Shown: one piece after another, positions 24,977 to 37,289 of the stretch
How positions within the stretch are numbered: position 1 is the stretch's first letter
How the letters are laid out: the number at the start of each line of letters is the position of its first letter
Notes under the pieces: model-generated
Told to the model about the DNA's origin: nothing
The model's database searches: none
Seen by the model: only the letters and a program-made list of their open reading frames with translations
Made by a program: the position numbers and the translations under genes
Assembly: GCF_032444005.1 (NCBI RefSeq)
Contig: NC_091291.1
Span: 80,538,001-80,602,000, forward strand
DNA: 64,000 bases
Direction: 5' to 3'
From: Ranitomeya imitator
Taxonomy: Eukaryota

Positions 24977-25014
24977 CCCCTGACGAAGGTAATATTTCCG
25001 AAACGCGCGTCGGG
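24977..25014 (+). ncRNA. Minimal type-I hammerhead ribozyme
   Basis: Helix I CCC/GGG; CUGACGA at 24980-24986; extra A; short helix II GG..CC; GAAAC at 25000-25004; palindromic helix III (ACGCGCGU); GUC cleavage triplet at 25009-25011. Hammerheads are known in Penelope pLTRs. Confidence 0.8.
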
Positions 25015-25650
25015 CGCACGCAGGTCCCGGACCCAGCCTCATCTCTCAGGTATTGCCACATGTCACTCTGCTACAATTATTTGCCCATATGGATATCTAT
25101 CTATAATAACTGGCTATAGTGGGGCACTCCTTTATGCAGTAAGCAGACATTTAGTATCCTACTCTGCTGTGTGAGCACGCTATATTAGCACCTGGGCACT
25201 TTTATAAGCATGCTGCTATAATCTCTATATGTGGTACACATATCTCACAGTGAGTGGTTGCAGTAATCCTCATGTAAGGTTATATCTCGCTGTGGGCGTA
25301 TTACTTTTTAATTATATGTACTGGGGCATGTTTTGATAGAGAGTACTTGTTTATGGTCATTTGTATAAGGGCACGTTCGAATATAGGGTGCTATTTCAAC
25401 TCTCCCATTCTGATAATATACCTCGCTGTGTCATTGTATTTACATCACTATTGGCACCTTATTTTATTTTTTACTTTTATATAAAAGATTTCTATATGCA
25501 CAATTTTTTTATTGTATCTAATCTGTCGTTTTTTCATAAATTTCAACATTTTAGAGTTTTCACACACATAACAATTCACATTTTTATAGGTCATATGTGA
25601 CTTTTTAGTTTAAAAATTTTTTATTTTTTCACATATATATATTTTTTTAC

Positions 25651-25732
<82 letters not shown>

Positions 25733-26183
25733 CACAGTGAGTAGTGGTATTATATATCCTGGAGGAGTTGTTTATATGCCCATATAAAGTGATACATATA
25801 TATATATATATATTTTTGAGGTAGTCTTGGGCACCATATAGCATTGTTCCTGCGTTTTGTTTGTTTTTATCAAAAATCTTTTTATGAAAATATCCATTTT
25901 ATTATTTGTATAAATTGCCACTTCATTTAAATAAAGGCATACTATTAATCCTATATGCTGTATGACTTCCTGGTGATTTCCTATCTCGTGGTGGTTAGGT
26001 GTTCTGACCCCTTTACATCAGTGGTTCATTCACTGAAATCTGCACAGCGCACCCTTTTTATAGAGTATTTTTTAAATTATTATACTATTGTATGAGTTCA
26101 AATTGTGATTATAATAGGGGCACTGTGTCTTTTAACCATATATTGCTGTGTTCTGCACAGGTCTTTTTCCTTTTCATCTGGAT

Positions 26184-29100
26184 ATGGATTTCAAAGCCAG
26201 AGAGTTGTCATGGCAGGGACAGATCAATGCCGTATTTTCAAATGGCAATACGAACATCGTGGTTACAGACGGTTTGCAATTTGATGATCTTTTTAAAAAT
26301 ATTAAAAATCTGACGTACAAGAGAACTAGGGCCTGGTGGAGTAAGGCTTTTCTAGAGAATTATATTCAACACCAACTCATCCCTAGGGGATTAAGGATAC
26401 ATGTCACGCCTGCTTTTCCTGTTACTGATGAGGGCTTTATAAAAAGCTGGGAAGGAGTGTGCAATACTGCGTCTAAGCAGTTGATGGAATTGTTGGTTCA
26501 ATATAACTCCCAAAATATAAGCAATATTGATAAATTATTGGATGAAGTATATGTGAAAGCAAAGAACTGTTTATCAGCTGAACAATTATCATCTATGGAT
26601 GGTTTACTTGAAAAACAGATGGACCAATGGATTAAAGATATCCAAACCACCCAGAAAAGTAAATTAATAAGGGATCAAAGAGATTTCTCTAGTGGAAAAA
26701 TTTACAGGTGGCGGAAGCAGCAACAAGATGGTAATACACGCGACCGCTTTGATTCCACAACATCCGATCTTGCCCCGGTGAATGTCTCTGGTGCCTCCTC
26801 ATCCGCCTCTGTCTCTACTCTGGCCTCAATGGCGTCTACACCAAAACGTAAACGTGAACCTCGATATACACCGGCTAAACGGAATTATCGACCAAATGCT
26901 GATAATAATTTAAAGGTGATTAACTTGAGTAATCATGTTTTAACTGAATCTGAAATTAATGTTCTTAAAAAAGGTCTTACGTTTTGTCCCACGGCACAGT
27001 TTGATAAGTTTATAGCTATCAAAGATCTACATTTGTTTGCCAGGAAACTAATGTTTAAAAAACACTTTCATAATGAAGAACTATTCAAATTGTTCCCCAC
27101 AGAGGCGGAGCAAGAGGCACTAGAGACCCTGGAGGAATTGGCCCAAGAGCACAACGAGCCATTGGGAGGTAAGATCCCTTCATCCATTAGGCCGAGATCT
27201 CGTAGGTTTCCCCCTTTGTCAGCCTGTCCCATCATTGACACCTTTGTTAAAACTGTCAGCAGAGAATTTGATAAAATTCCACGCTTTCCTTGTGCTGAAA
27301 ATTTAAATAAAAAAGAGAAATTAGCTCTAAAAAATTTGGATCAATTAAATGATGTGGTAATAAAACCGGCTGACAAGGGGGGTAACATCGTGATCTGGCC
27401 TAGGCAGATGTATGAATCCGAGGTATTTCGCCAGTTGAGGGATGATATTTACTATAAAAAACTGACATTCAACCCCCTGGGGAAATTTAAAACAGAACTC
27501 TTGATGATATTAAAAGATGCCATGGAAATAGGGGTCATTTCAAAGGAGCTATATACAGCCCTTCAAGTACCTGAACCAACCGTACCGACCTTTTATTTAT
27601 TACCAAAGGTCCATAAAAATCAAGAAACACCGCCTGGCAGACCCATCATATCGGGATGTGGGAATTACTTGGAGAAAATTAACAAATTCATTGACTCAAA
27701 ATTACAACCCCTAGTCGAGAGCTTACCATCCTTTATAAAAGACACAAATGAATTTTTGAAAAAAATTGATGGCCTGTTTATTGGAGAGGACACACTTTTA
27801 GTGTCTTGTGATGTTGAGAGTCTGTACACGAACATCCGCCACAGCGATGGGGTTCGGGCGACGGAATATTTTTTAAACTCCTCAGTTATACCCACATCCA
27901 TGAGACAATTTATAGTCCAAATACTTGAATTTTCACTTTCAAAAAATTTTTTTCTTTTTAAGGGGTCCCTCTACCTACAGCTCCAGGGAACAGCAATGGG
28001 CGCATCTTTTGCGCCATCTTATGCTAATCTGTTCCTGGGGCTGTGGGAGAGGGACTTATTTCATGCCGGACTTGAGTCGTCAATGGACCGCATCCCGATA
28101 TGGGTGCGGTTCATTGATGACATATTTTTTGTCTGGCAGGGTACTAAGGACTCACTACATAACTTTATGGAACATCTGAACCAGAATCAGCTAAATATCC
28201 GGTTAACATACAAATGTGACACGGATTTTATGGAATTTTTGGATGTGGGTGTATATAGGGATGAGAGTGGTTGCCTATATACCAATATCTTTCGCAAATC
28301 TACGGCGGTGAACGCACTACTACATGCTTCTTCATCGCACCCTCCAACCATGATTAACCCCTTAATGACCGCCAATACGTCTTTTAACTGACCTTAGATA
28401 TAAGAGAATAGTATCCCCATACAGATGCCAATCCATCATCTGTCGGCTGTACACTATAGCTGACAACTTGCTGCACCAGCCACGATCAGTATTTGCACCT
28501 TCTAAATCTGTTTAACCCCTTAGATGCTGCTGTCAATAGTGACTACATCATTATAAATGGTTAACAGAGCGTGGGGGCTTCCTCTTTATCCCAATTGGTG
28601 CCCTCAGATCATGATTTTGCGGTCCTGATGTTTGCCATGGCAATTCATGACCATATAGCGGCCTTAGAGTCTGACGGCTGTAGTAATCTGTTTAGAAGTT
28701 AGCAATATTTAGGTGGTAAAAATACACATTTTAATTTCTGTCATACCACTTTGCATTAATTCCTGTAAAGCACCTGAAGGGTTAATAAACTACCTGACAG
28801 CAGTTTTCAATATGTTTAGGGGTGCTGTTTTTAAAATGGTATCACGTTTGGGGGTTTCCCAATATATGGGACCCCTAAAGTCACTTCAAACATGGATAAG
28901 TCCCTAAAAAAATAAATTTTGTAAATTTCTTTGAAAAAATGAAAAATTGCTGCTACGTTTTTAAACCTCCTAAAATGCTAACAAAATAAAATAACATTTT
29001 ACAAATGGTCCTGATGTAAAGCAGACATGTGGGAAATGTTATTTATTAATGGTTTGCTGTTGTATGACTATATGGATTAAAGGGATAATCATTCAAATTT

Positions 29101-30214
29101 AGAAAATTGCTAATTTTTTAACATTTTTCTCAAATTTTTGATTTTTTTTATAAATAAACACAAAAAATGTTGAACTAAATTTACCATTATCATAAAGTAG
29201 AATGTGTCACGAAAAAACAATCTCAAAATCACTGGGATTTGTTGAAGCGTTGCAGAGTTATTACCACATAAAGTGACACTGGTCAGATTTCAAAAATTTG
29301 GCTCGGTCACTAAGGGGTTAATTCAATACCAATAGGACAATTTTTACGTCTAAGGAGAATCTGTACAAATGAAGTAGACTTTGAGAATCAGGCTATGGAC
29401 CTTAAAGAAAGGTTCTTGGAAAGAGGATATAGCAAGCGGTCAGTGAAAAAGGGGTATAACCGTGCTAAACATACAACTAGACATCAAGCTTTGTACGGGA
29501 CAAGACCCCAGAAAAACAACAAGGTAGTGAGATATATCACCCAATACCATGGCCAAACCGAGTTAATGAGGACATATATTAACAAATCTTGGGCCATTTT
29601 AAAAACTGACCCGATTTTTAACACAATATATCGGGGAAACATGTAATATTACATATCGCAGATCCAAAAATCTAAAGGACCAACTTGTCAGAAGTCATTA
29701 TCCCTACAAATCAGAAATACAATCCTTTCTTACAAATACGAAAACCATACCGGGATGCAAGCCATGTGGACAATGTGTAGCTTGCACCAACATTAATAGA
29801 ACTAGTAGTTTTTGTAATCATAATGGCACTATTTTGTATAAAATCAAACAGACCATCACCTGTACCTCAAAAGCCGTCATTTATCATGCCACGTGCCCAT
29901 GCTCCCTGGTGTATATAGGGATGACAACTAGACAACTCAAAGTACGCACCAGGGAGCATGTTTTGGGAATTTTAGCTGCCAAAGAAGTGGAGGAGATTTC
30001 GTCCTTAAAAACGATTCCCAAACATTTTAAATTGCACCATGGTTGTGATGCCTCCTTGTTGAGAGTAACCGGCATAGACATGATTCAAATAAATGAGAGA
30101 GGGGGTGAAATAAGTACAGCTTTAGCCAGAAAAGAAACAAAATGGATATGGACCTTAGGGACGGTGTCACCGAAAGGATTGAACGAAAATCTCAGTTTCG
30201 CTTCTTTTTTATAA
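26184..30214 (+). pseudogene. Penelope/Neptune-type RT-GIY-YIG ORF, copy 2
   Basis: Translations identical to copy 1, offset by 6300. MITE at 28358-29317; extra T at 29615-29619. Confidence 0.93.
28358..29317. mobile_element. 960-bp piggyBac-like MITE in Penelope copy 2
   Basis: Same sequence and site as 22058-23017, offset by 6300. Confidence 0.92.
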
Positions 30215-31276
30215 CCTACCTGTAAACCTTTTTAGACTTTATTTTCTTAAGTGTTTTAATGGATACAAAAAAATTTTTTCCTCAATAAATTCTTTTAAAA
30301 AAATATATTTTTATTCTTTTAACTGTGATGTTACGATCCCTAATTTTTACGTTTATATTTGTAGCTTCTATACACTTACCACTGATGGATTGGGATTCTA
30401 TGTGGAGCTTTCTTGCTTGTGTGTCGGACGATTTGACTGCAGGGCTTGATGCACTGGTGGAACCTACAATCATCTGTATGACAGTCAAAGAAGGAAGAAA
30501 ATAAGAACACATAATATCTGTAGAAGGTGTATTGCTCTGGTGCACAACTGTATTCTATATTGCTATGTATATATCCGTGTTATATCACTGGGCATATGGC
30601 TATGGGTGATCTATTTATACATGATTTTAGTATAATATTGTTACCTTTATGGTTCACATAATCTTGTATAATCGCATATATGCTTGGCACAGTGTTTTTG
30701 TCATCATGTGCTTACAATTATGGCACACATGACGTTTTTATACGCTGGAACAGGTACATGCAATACACCGGATTTGATGTAGTAATGCATGGACATATGG
30801 TACAGCAGAGTAATATATTATTGCTATTATACTACACATATCCATCCAGCAAAGGCGTACATTGCACATGACATTTGTTGGGATTTATACGGTGCAGTGA
30901 ATTATATATAAACTGCTGCAGCACCATATAACTATGTCCCTCTTATCCGGCATAAGGAGAAGATAGCCCCAAGTATTATGTTAGATTTATATATTTATTT
31001 CCCCAATTTTGTATTATCCTGTCTCTTACAGTCTGGGACCGCTTCTCCCACACTGCGCTCCTGGTAGTGCGCATGCCCGGCCCGTGTCGGTGAGTCCCGG
31101 CGCTCTGCATCCATGGTTGCTATGTCATGCCAGGTACTCCGCTCCTGTGCTGACAGACCATGTGATGCGGGGACCGGAAGTTGCCGACCTCCAGACTGCG
31201 CATGCGCCGCACGTACCCGGGACGCAGCGCTCGGTGAAAGTCCTATAAATACCCCTCTGGGATCTCCACTCACTAC

Positions 31277-31314
31277 CCCCTGACGAAGGTAATATTTCCG
31301 AAACGCGCGTCGGG
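31277..31314 (+). ncRNA. Minimal type-I hammerhead ribozyme, copy 2
   Basis: Identical to 24977-25014. Confidence 0.8.
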
Positions 31315-31958
31315 CGCACGCAGGTCCCGGACCCAGCCTCATCTCTCAGGTATTGCCACATGTCACTCTGCTACAATTATTTGCCCATATGGATATCTAT
31401 CTATAATAACTGGCTATAGTGGGGCACTCCTTTATGCAGTAAGCAGACATTTAGTATCCTACTCTGCTGTGTGAGCACGCTATATTAGCACCTGGGCACT
31501 TTTATAAGCATGCTGCTATAATCTCTATATGTGGTACACATATCTCACAGTGAGTGGTTGCAGTAATCCTCATGTAAGGTTATATCTCGCTGTGGGCGTA
31601 TTACTTTTTAATTATATGTACTGGGGCATGTTTTGATAGAGAGTACTTGTTTATGGTCATTTGTATAATGGCACGTTCGAATATAGGGTGCTATTTCAAC
31701 TCTCCCATTCTGATAATATACCTCGCTGTGTCATTGTATTTACATCACTATTGGCACCTTATTTTATTTTTTACTTTTATATAAAAGATTTCTATATGCA
31801 CAATTTTTTTTATTGTATCTAATCTGTCGTTTTTTCATAAATTTCACCATTTTAGAGTTTTCACACACATAACAATTCACATTTTTATAGGTCATATGTG
31901 ACTTTTTAGTTTAAAAATTTTTTATTTTTTCACATACGGTATATATATTTTTTTACAT

Positions 31959-31989
<31 letters not shown>

Positions 31990-33769
31990 ACACAGTGAGT
32001 AGTGGTATTATATATCCTGGAGGAGTTGTTTATATGCCCATATAAAGTGATACATATATATATATATATATTTGAGGTAGTCTTGGGCACCATATAGCAT
32101 TGTTCCTGCGTTTTGTTTGTTTTTATCAAAAATCTTTTTATGAAAATATCCATTTTATTATTTGTATAAATTGCCACTTCATTTAAATAAAGGCATACTA
32201 TTAATCCTATATGCTGTATGACTTCCTGGTGATTTCCTATCTCGTGGTGGTTAGGTGTTCCAAGCCCCGAGAGAACAGACTCTGCCAGCAGTGCCCCCAG
32301 GAGGCCGTGGAGGATGAGGCTCACTTCCTGCTGAGGTGCCCCAAATACTCCGCAGTGAGGGACACTCACTTCAAGAGGCTGTCTGATCTCCTCCCTGACT
32401 TCACCTCCAAGGAGGAGGAAGAGAAACTGCCAATAATACTGGGGGAAGAGGAAAGTGCAGCAACCGTAGCAGCGGAATATGTCAGTGCCTGCCACAGACT
32501 AAGAGGAGCCTGATATGTCATGGACTCCTATACCCCACCCTGGAAACATCCCCTATCCTCTAAAAGGAATTTGATATTCCCTGGACCTCTATATGCCCCC
32601 TCCCCCACCCCCGTATTTTTACCATATGCTTTGGCAATGCTAACATGTACTTAGTCCTGCCAATAAAGCTCATTTGAATTGAATTGAGAGAGAGAAGAAA
32701 AAAAATAAAATAAATAATCCCATTGACTTTGCATTGGGTTTCGTGTTTCGGTCGATCCCCGACTTTACGCCATAATCGGCCGATTTCACTCGACTCGACT
32801 TTAGAGATAGTCGGGTTTCGCGAAACCTGACTCGACCCTAAAAAAGTAAAAGTCGCTCAACCCTAGTCATCAGAGCTGGAGGCAGAGGCTGCGGTCACTG
32901 TCACAGCCTCTGCCCCCTCTTTGAAATGAAGTGTCATCAGTAACGCTCACTTCAGGGGTGGCGCTGTCCCTGCTGTGTTCCCTGTGCCTTGTCCTCACCC
33001 ATGCAATGTGTACGCCGCCTTGCCCTCCCCATGCGATGTGGGTGGTGCCTTCCCCCCCACCCCCCCGTGCGATGTGGGCGGTGCCTTGTCCCCCCCCTGT
33101 GCGATGTGCACGGCCTCCTCTGTGTGCTTTGTTGACTGCTTAGATGAATAGTAATATGCCGGGAGTGGTGTCACTATACCGGCGGTGCAGGAGGGCAGCT
33201 CATCCCCCACAAGTGACGTCACTGGTTTCTTCTGGGTATAGGGACCCCGCTCTGCTCCTGGCTTATTACTAGTCAGCTGACAACAGAGCGCACATCCCAG
33301 AGGGAGAAAAAGTACATGGGTACACGAGGAACAGCACCACCCCTGAAATGAACATCATTGATGACGCTCAGGTTCAGGCAGGGGCTGTGACAGTGACCGT
33401 AGCTGCTGCTCCCTGCTTAGCCGACGCTTAGTTCGAGAATCTAAGTATGCACTGGGACACTCACACAGGAAATGGGGAAAAATACACCAGCTGTTACCAT
33501 GTAGTCAGGGAGCGGTAGGGCATTTTTAAAGCAAATATATTAGAAAATAGCTTAGATTATAGCATCAGGTAGATAACGAGTTAGGAGGAAAATCGCCTTC
33601 GGATCACCCCTTTAAGATCAGTGGGGGTCCCAGTTGTTGGACCCTTAGCAGTCATATCCCCTGAATGTTTATTGGACACTCCCTCTCATTTCTGCTTTGA
33701 GTTGTTTTCCAAAATCAAATTTGCAAGTGTTGTATGTGGATTTTGCTTCGGATCCAGACACAGATTTAA

Positions 33770-34349
33770 AGGGAATCTGTCACTTTTTGTATATAAGCTG
33801 CAGCCACCGGCATCAGGGGCTTTTCTGCAGCATTCTGGAATGCATTCTGTAATGCTGTAGATAAGCCCCCGATGTATCCTGAAAGATAAGAAAAAGAAGT
33901 TATATTATACTTACCTGGGGGGGCGGTTTGGTCCGATGGGCGTTGCGGTCCGGGTCCGGCGCCTCCTATCTTCATGTAATGACATCCTCTTCCTTGCTTC
34001 TGTCGCAACTCCGGCGCAGGCGTACTGATTTGCCCTGTTGAGGGCAGAGCAAAGTACTGCAGTGCGCAGGCGTCGGGAAAAGTCAGAGAAGCCCAGCGCC
34101 TGCGCAGGAGCCACGACAGAAAGCCAGGAAGAGGACGTCATCGCATGAAGATAGGAGGCGCCGCACTGCGACCCACATTGGACCCAGGCCGCGTCGGACC
34201 GCCACCCCCCCCCCCCCCCCAGGTGAGTATAATCTAACCCGTTTTTCTTACCTTTCAGGTTACATTGGGGGCTTATCTACAGCATTACAGAATTCTGTAG
34301 ATAAGCCCCTAAAGGCCCTATATATGAAAAAGTAGGTTACAGATTCCCT
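33770..34349. mobile_element. T2/Kolobok-type MITE (unit A)
   Basis: TTAA|AGGGAATCTGT...ACAGATTCCCT|TTAA. Confidence 0.85.
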
Positions 34350-36189
34350 TTAACTCTTTGCATCCCAATGACTTGTTAATAACATGTTAGGTTACAGGTT
34401 GAACTCTACGGATTTGTCTATAATTACCGTATATACTAGAGTATAAGCCGAGATTTTCAGCCCATTTTTTTGGTTGAAAGTCCCCCTCTCGGATTATACT
34501 CGAGTCATACCCAGGGGTCGGCAGGGGAGGGGGAGCGGGGACTGCCTAATTGTACTCACCTGCTCCTGGCGTGGTCCCTGTAGGTCCCTGGCTCCCCAGC
34601 GCCGCAGCTTCTTCCTGTACTGAGCGGTCACATGGTACTGCTCATTACAGTAATGAATATGCGGCTCCACCTCCCATAGCGGTGGAGCCACATATTCATT
34701 ACTGTAATGAGTGGTAGCGGTGACCGCTCAGTACAGGAAGAAGCTGCGGCGCCGGTGAAGCAGGGACTGCACCGCGCCATGAGCAGGTGAGTATAACGGG
34801 GAGGGGAGCGCTGCGCGATATTCACCTGCTCTCCATTCCGGCCCCGCTCCATCTTCAGCGCCTTCTGCAGTGACGCTCAGGTCAGAGGGCGCGATGGCGT
34901 GGTTAGTGCGCGCCCTCTGCCTGAACGTCCGTGCAGAAGACGCTGAAGATGGAGCGGGGCCGGAACGAAGTCAGGTGAATATTGAAAGTGCCGGGGGCCT
35001 GAGCGACGGAGAGGTGAGTATGTGATTTTTTTTTTTTTTTTTTTTTTTATCGCAGCAACAGAAAATGGGGCAAGTGTCTGTATGGAGCCATAATCAACGT
35101 TTGTGCAGCACTATATGGCGCAAATATCTTTACGGAGCATCTTATGGGGCCATAATCAACGTGTTTGGAGCATTATATGGGGCAAGTGTCTGTATGGAGC
35201 ATCTTATGGGGCCATAATCAACATTTGTGCAGTATTATATTGGGCAAATGTGTCTATGGAGCATCTTATGGGGCTACTAGATGGTGTCCCGATTCTAACG
35301 CATCGGGTATTCTAGAATATGCATGTCCACATAGTATATTGCCCAGCCACGTAGTATATTGCCCAGACACGTATGTCACAGGTTAAAAAAATAAATAAAT
35401 ATATACTCACCTTCCGAAGGCCAGTTGTAGTTCAGTCACATGACCGTGACGTCATGGCAGGTCGTTCTCGCGCAGGGCCTGTGATGACGTCACGGTCACG
35501 ACAGTGACGTCATGGCAGGTCGTTCTCGCGCTGGGCCTGTGATGACGTCACGGTCACGACAGTGACGTCATGGCAGGTCCTTCTCGCGCAGGCGCGCTGG
35601 GCCTGTGATGACGTCGTGGTCACATGACCGTGACGTCATGGCAGGTCCTTCTCCCATACCACCGGGACCTGCCGGTTGCATGTTGCGGTCACCGGAGCGT
35701 AGCCAGGAGCGGGAAAGGCGGCGGAAGGTGAGTATATAATGATTTTTTATTTTTTTTATTATTTTTAACGTTAGATGTTTTTACCATTGACGCTGCATAG
35801 GCAGCATCAATAGTAAAAACTTGGTCACACAGAGTTAATAGCGGCGGTAACGGAGTGAGTTACCCGCGGCATAACGCGGTCCGTTACTGCCGGCATTAAC
35901 CCTGTGTGAGCGGTGACCGGAGGGGAGTATGCGGGCACTGGCCACTGACTGCGGGGAGTAAGGAGCGGCCATTTTCTTCCGGACTGTGCCCGTCGCTGAT
36001 TGCATACCTCCCAACTTTTGAGGAAGGGAAAGAGGGACAAAGTTAGCTGCACGCCGCGGCAAATTTTAAGCCACACCTCTGACAGCACCCATTTCACAAC
36101 TAGTCACGGCCCAACCACACCCATTTAGCACTTCTGATCTCAATGTTTCGTAAACAATAATTATAAACAAAAAAAATATGGTCACACAG

Positions 36190-37056
36190 TGTTCCATACT
36201 GTATAATGGCCACACATGATGCTCCATACTGTATAATGGCCACACATGATGCTCAATACTGTATAATGACCATACATGATGCTCCATACTGTATAATAGC
36301 CCCAAATGATGCTGCTTACAGTGTACTGGCCCCACGTGATGCTCCATACTGTATAATGGCCCCACGTGATGCTCCATACTGTATAATGGCCACACATGAC
36401 GCTCCATACTGTATAATGGCCCAATGTGATGCTCCATACTGTCTAATGGCCCCAAATGATGCTGCTTACAGTGTACTGGCCCCACGTGATGCTCCATACT
36501 GTATAATGGCCACACATGATGCTCCATACTGTATAATGGCCCAATGTGATGCTCCATACTGTCTAATGGCCCCAAATGACGCTGCGTACAGTGTACTGGC
36601 CCTATGTGATGCTCCATATTGTATAATGGCCCCAAATGATGCTGCATACAGTGTACTGGCCCCACATGATGCTCCATACTGTATAATAGCCCCACATGAT
36701 GCTGCGTACTGTATAATGGCCACACATGATGCTGCGTACTGTATAATGGCCACACATGATGCTGCGTACTGTATAATGGCCACACATGATGCTCCGTACT
36801 GTATAATGGCCACACATGATGCTCCGTACTGTATAATGGCCAGACATAATGCTCCATACTGTATAATGGCCACACATGATGCTGCGTACAGTATACTTGC
36901 CCCACATGTTGGTCCATACAGTATAATGGCCCCACATGATGCTGGGTACAGTATAATGGCCCCACACGATGCTGGGTACATTATAATGGCCCCACATGAT
37001 GCTCCGTACAGTATAATGGCCCCACACGATGCTGGATACAGTATAATGGCCACACA
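36190..37056. repeat. 30-bp minisatellite TGATGCTCCATACTGTATAATGGCC(A/C)CACA (second array 46510-47040)
   Basis: About 29 units in A and about 18 in B; 10-aa period in the ORF track. Confidence 0.92.
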
Positions 37057-37289
37057 TAGTTACTCCCATCATTGCCTTCTCCATCACTACACGCACCTTT
37101 CACCGCGCACCCTCGTAGCAGCCGGCAGCTTCCACTCCCATGGCGCTGAATGGTGTCATCCAGCTGAGCCGCTGACTGCTCACGTCGCTGCAGCTGTGAT
37201 ACGCCACTAATTAAGACCTCTCCGTGTCTCCTGTGCCAGTCAGTGTCAGAGCGAGGAGCAATATCTGCTCCGATCCGACCCAGTCAGCG

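Larger units (their letters stand above)
12754..32260. mobile_element. Compound Penelope-like element insertion: inverted unit (12754-19591, -), two tandem units (19592-25891 and 25892-32147, +) and a 113-bp stub
   Basis: 14-bp TSD CAAGCCCCGAGAGA at 12740-12753 and 32261-32274. ORF-track period is exactly 6300 (19848 to 26148). Mirror coordinates sum to 38900-38903. Confidence 0.92.
12693..32686 (+). mobile_element. 5'-truncated 3' end of a CR1/L2-group LINE (12693-12753 joined to 32275-32686), split by the Penelope insertion
   Basis: Rejoined at the TSD it gives a stop-free ~99-aa C-terminus: SAHSLLIESGRHRQNYKPRENRLCQQC..EDEAHFLLRCPKY..GA*. Then AATAAA at 32662 and a (TTGAA)n tail. Inserted in a (GA)n run. 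The clade assignment is approximate. Confidence 0.75.
12380..32865. mobile_element. hAT-type MITE split by LINE and Penelope insertions
   Basis: TIR TAGGGTTGAGC/GCTCAACCCTA, with a perfect 8-bp TSD GTCATCAG at 12372-12379 and 32866-32873. Confidence 0.9.
12171..33611. mobile_element. T2/Kolobok-type MITE with long TIRs; outer shell of the nest (~0.95 kb without inserts)
   Basis: 12171-12340 is the diverged reverse complement of about 33440-33611. Ends are AGGGG...CCCCT, flanked by TTAG (degenerate) and TTAA. Confidence 0.7.
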
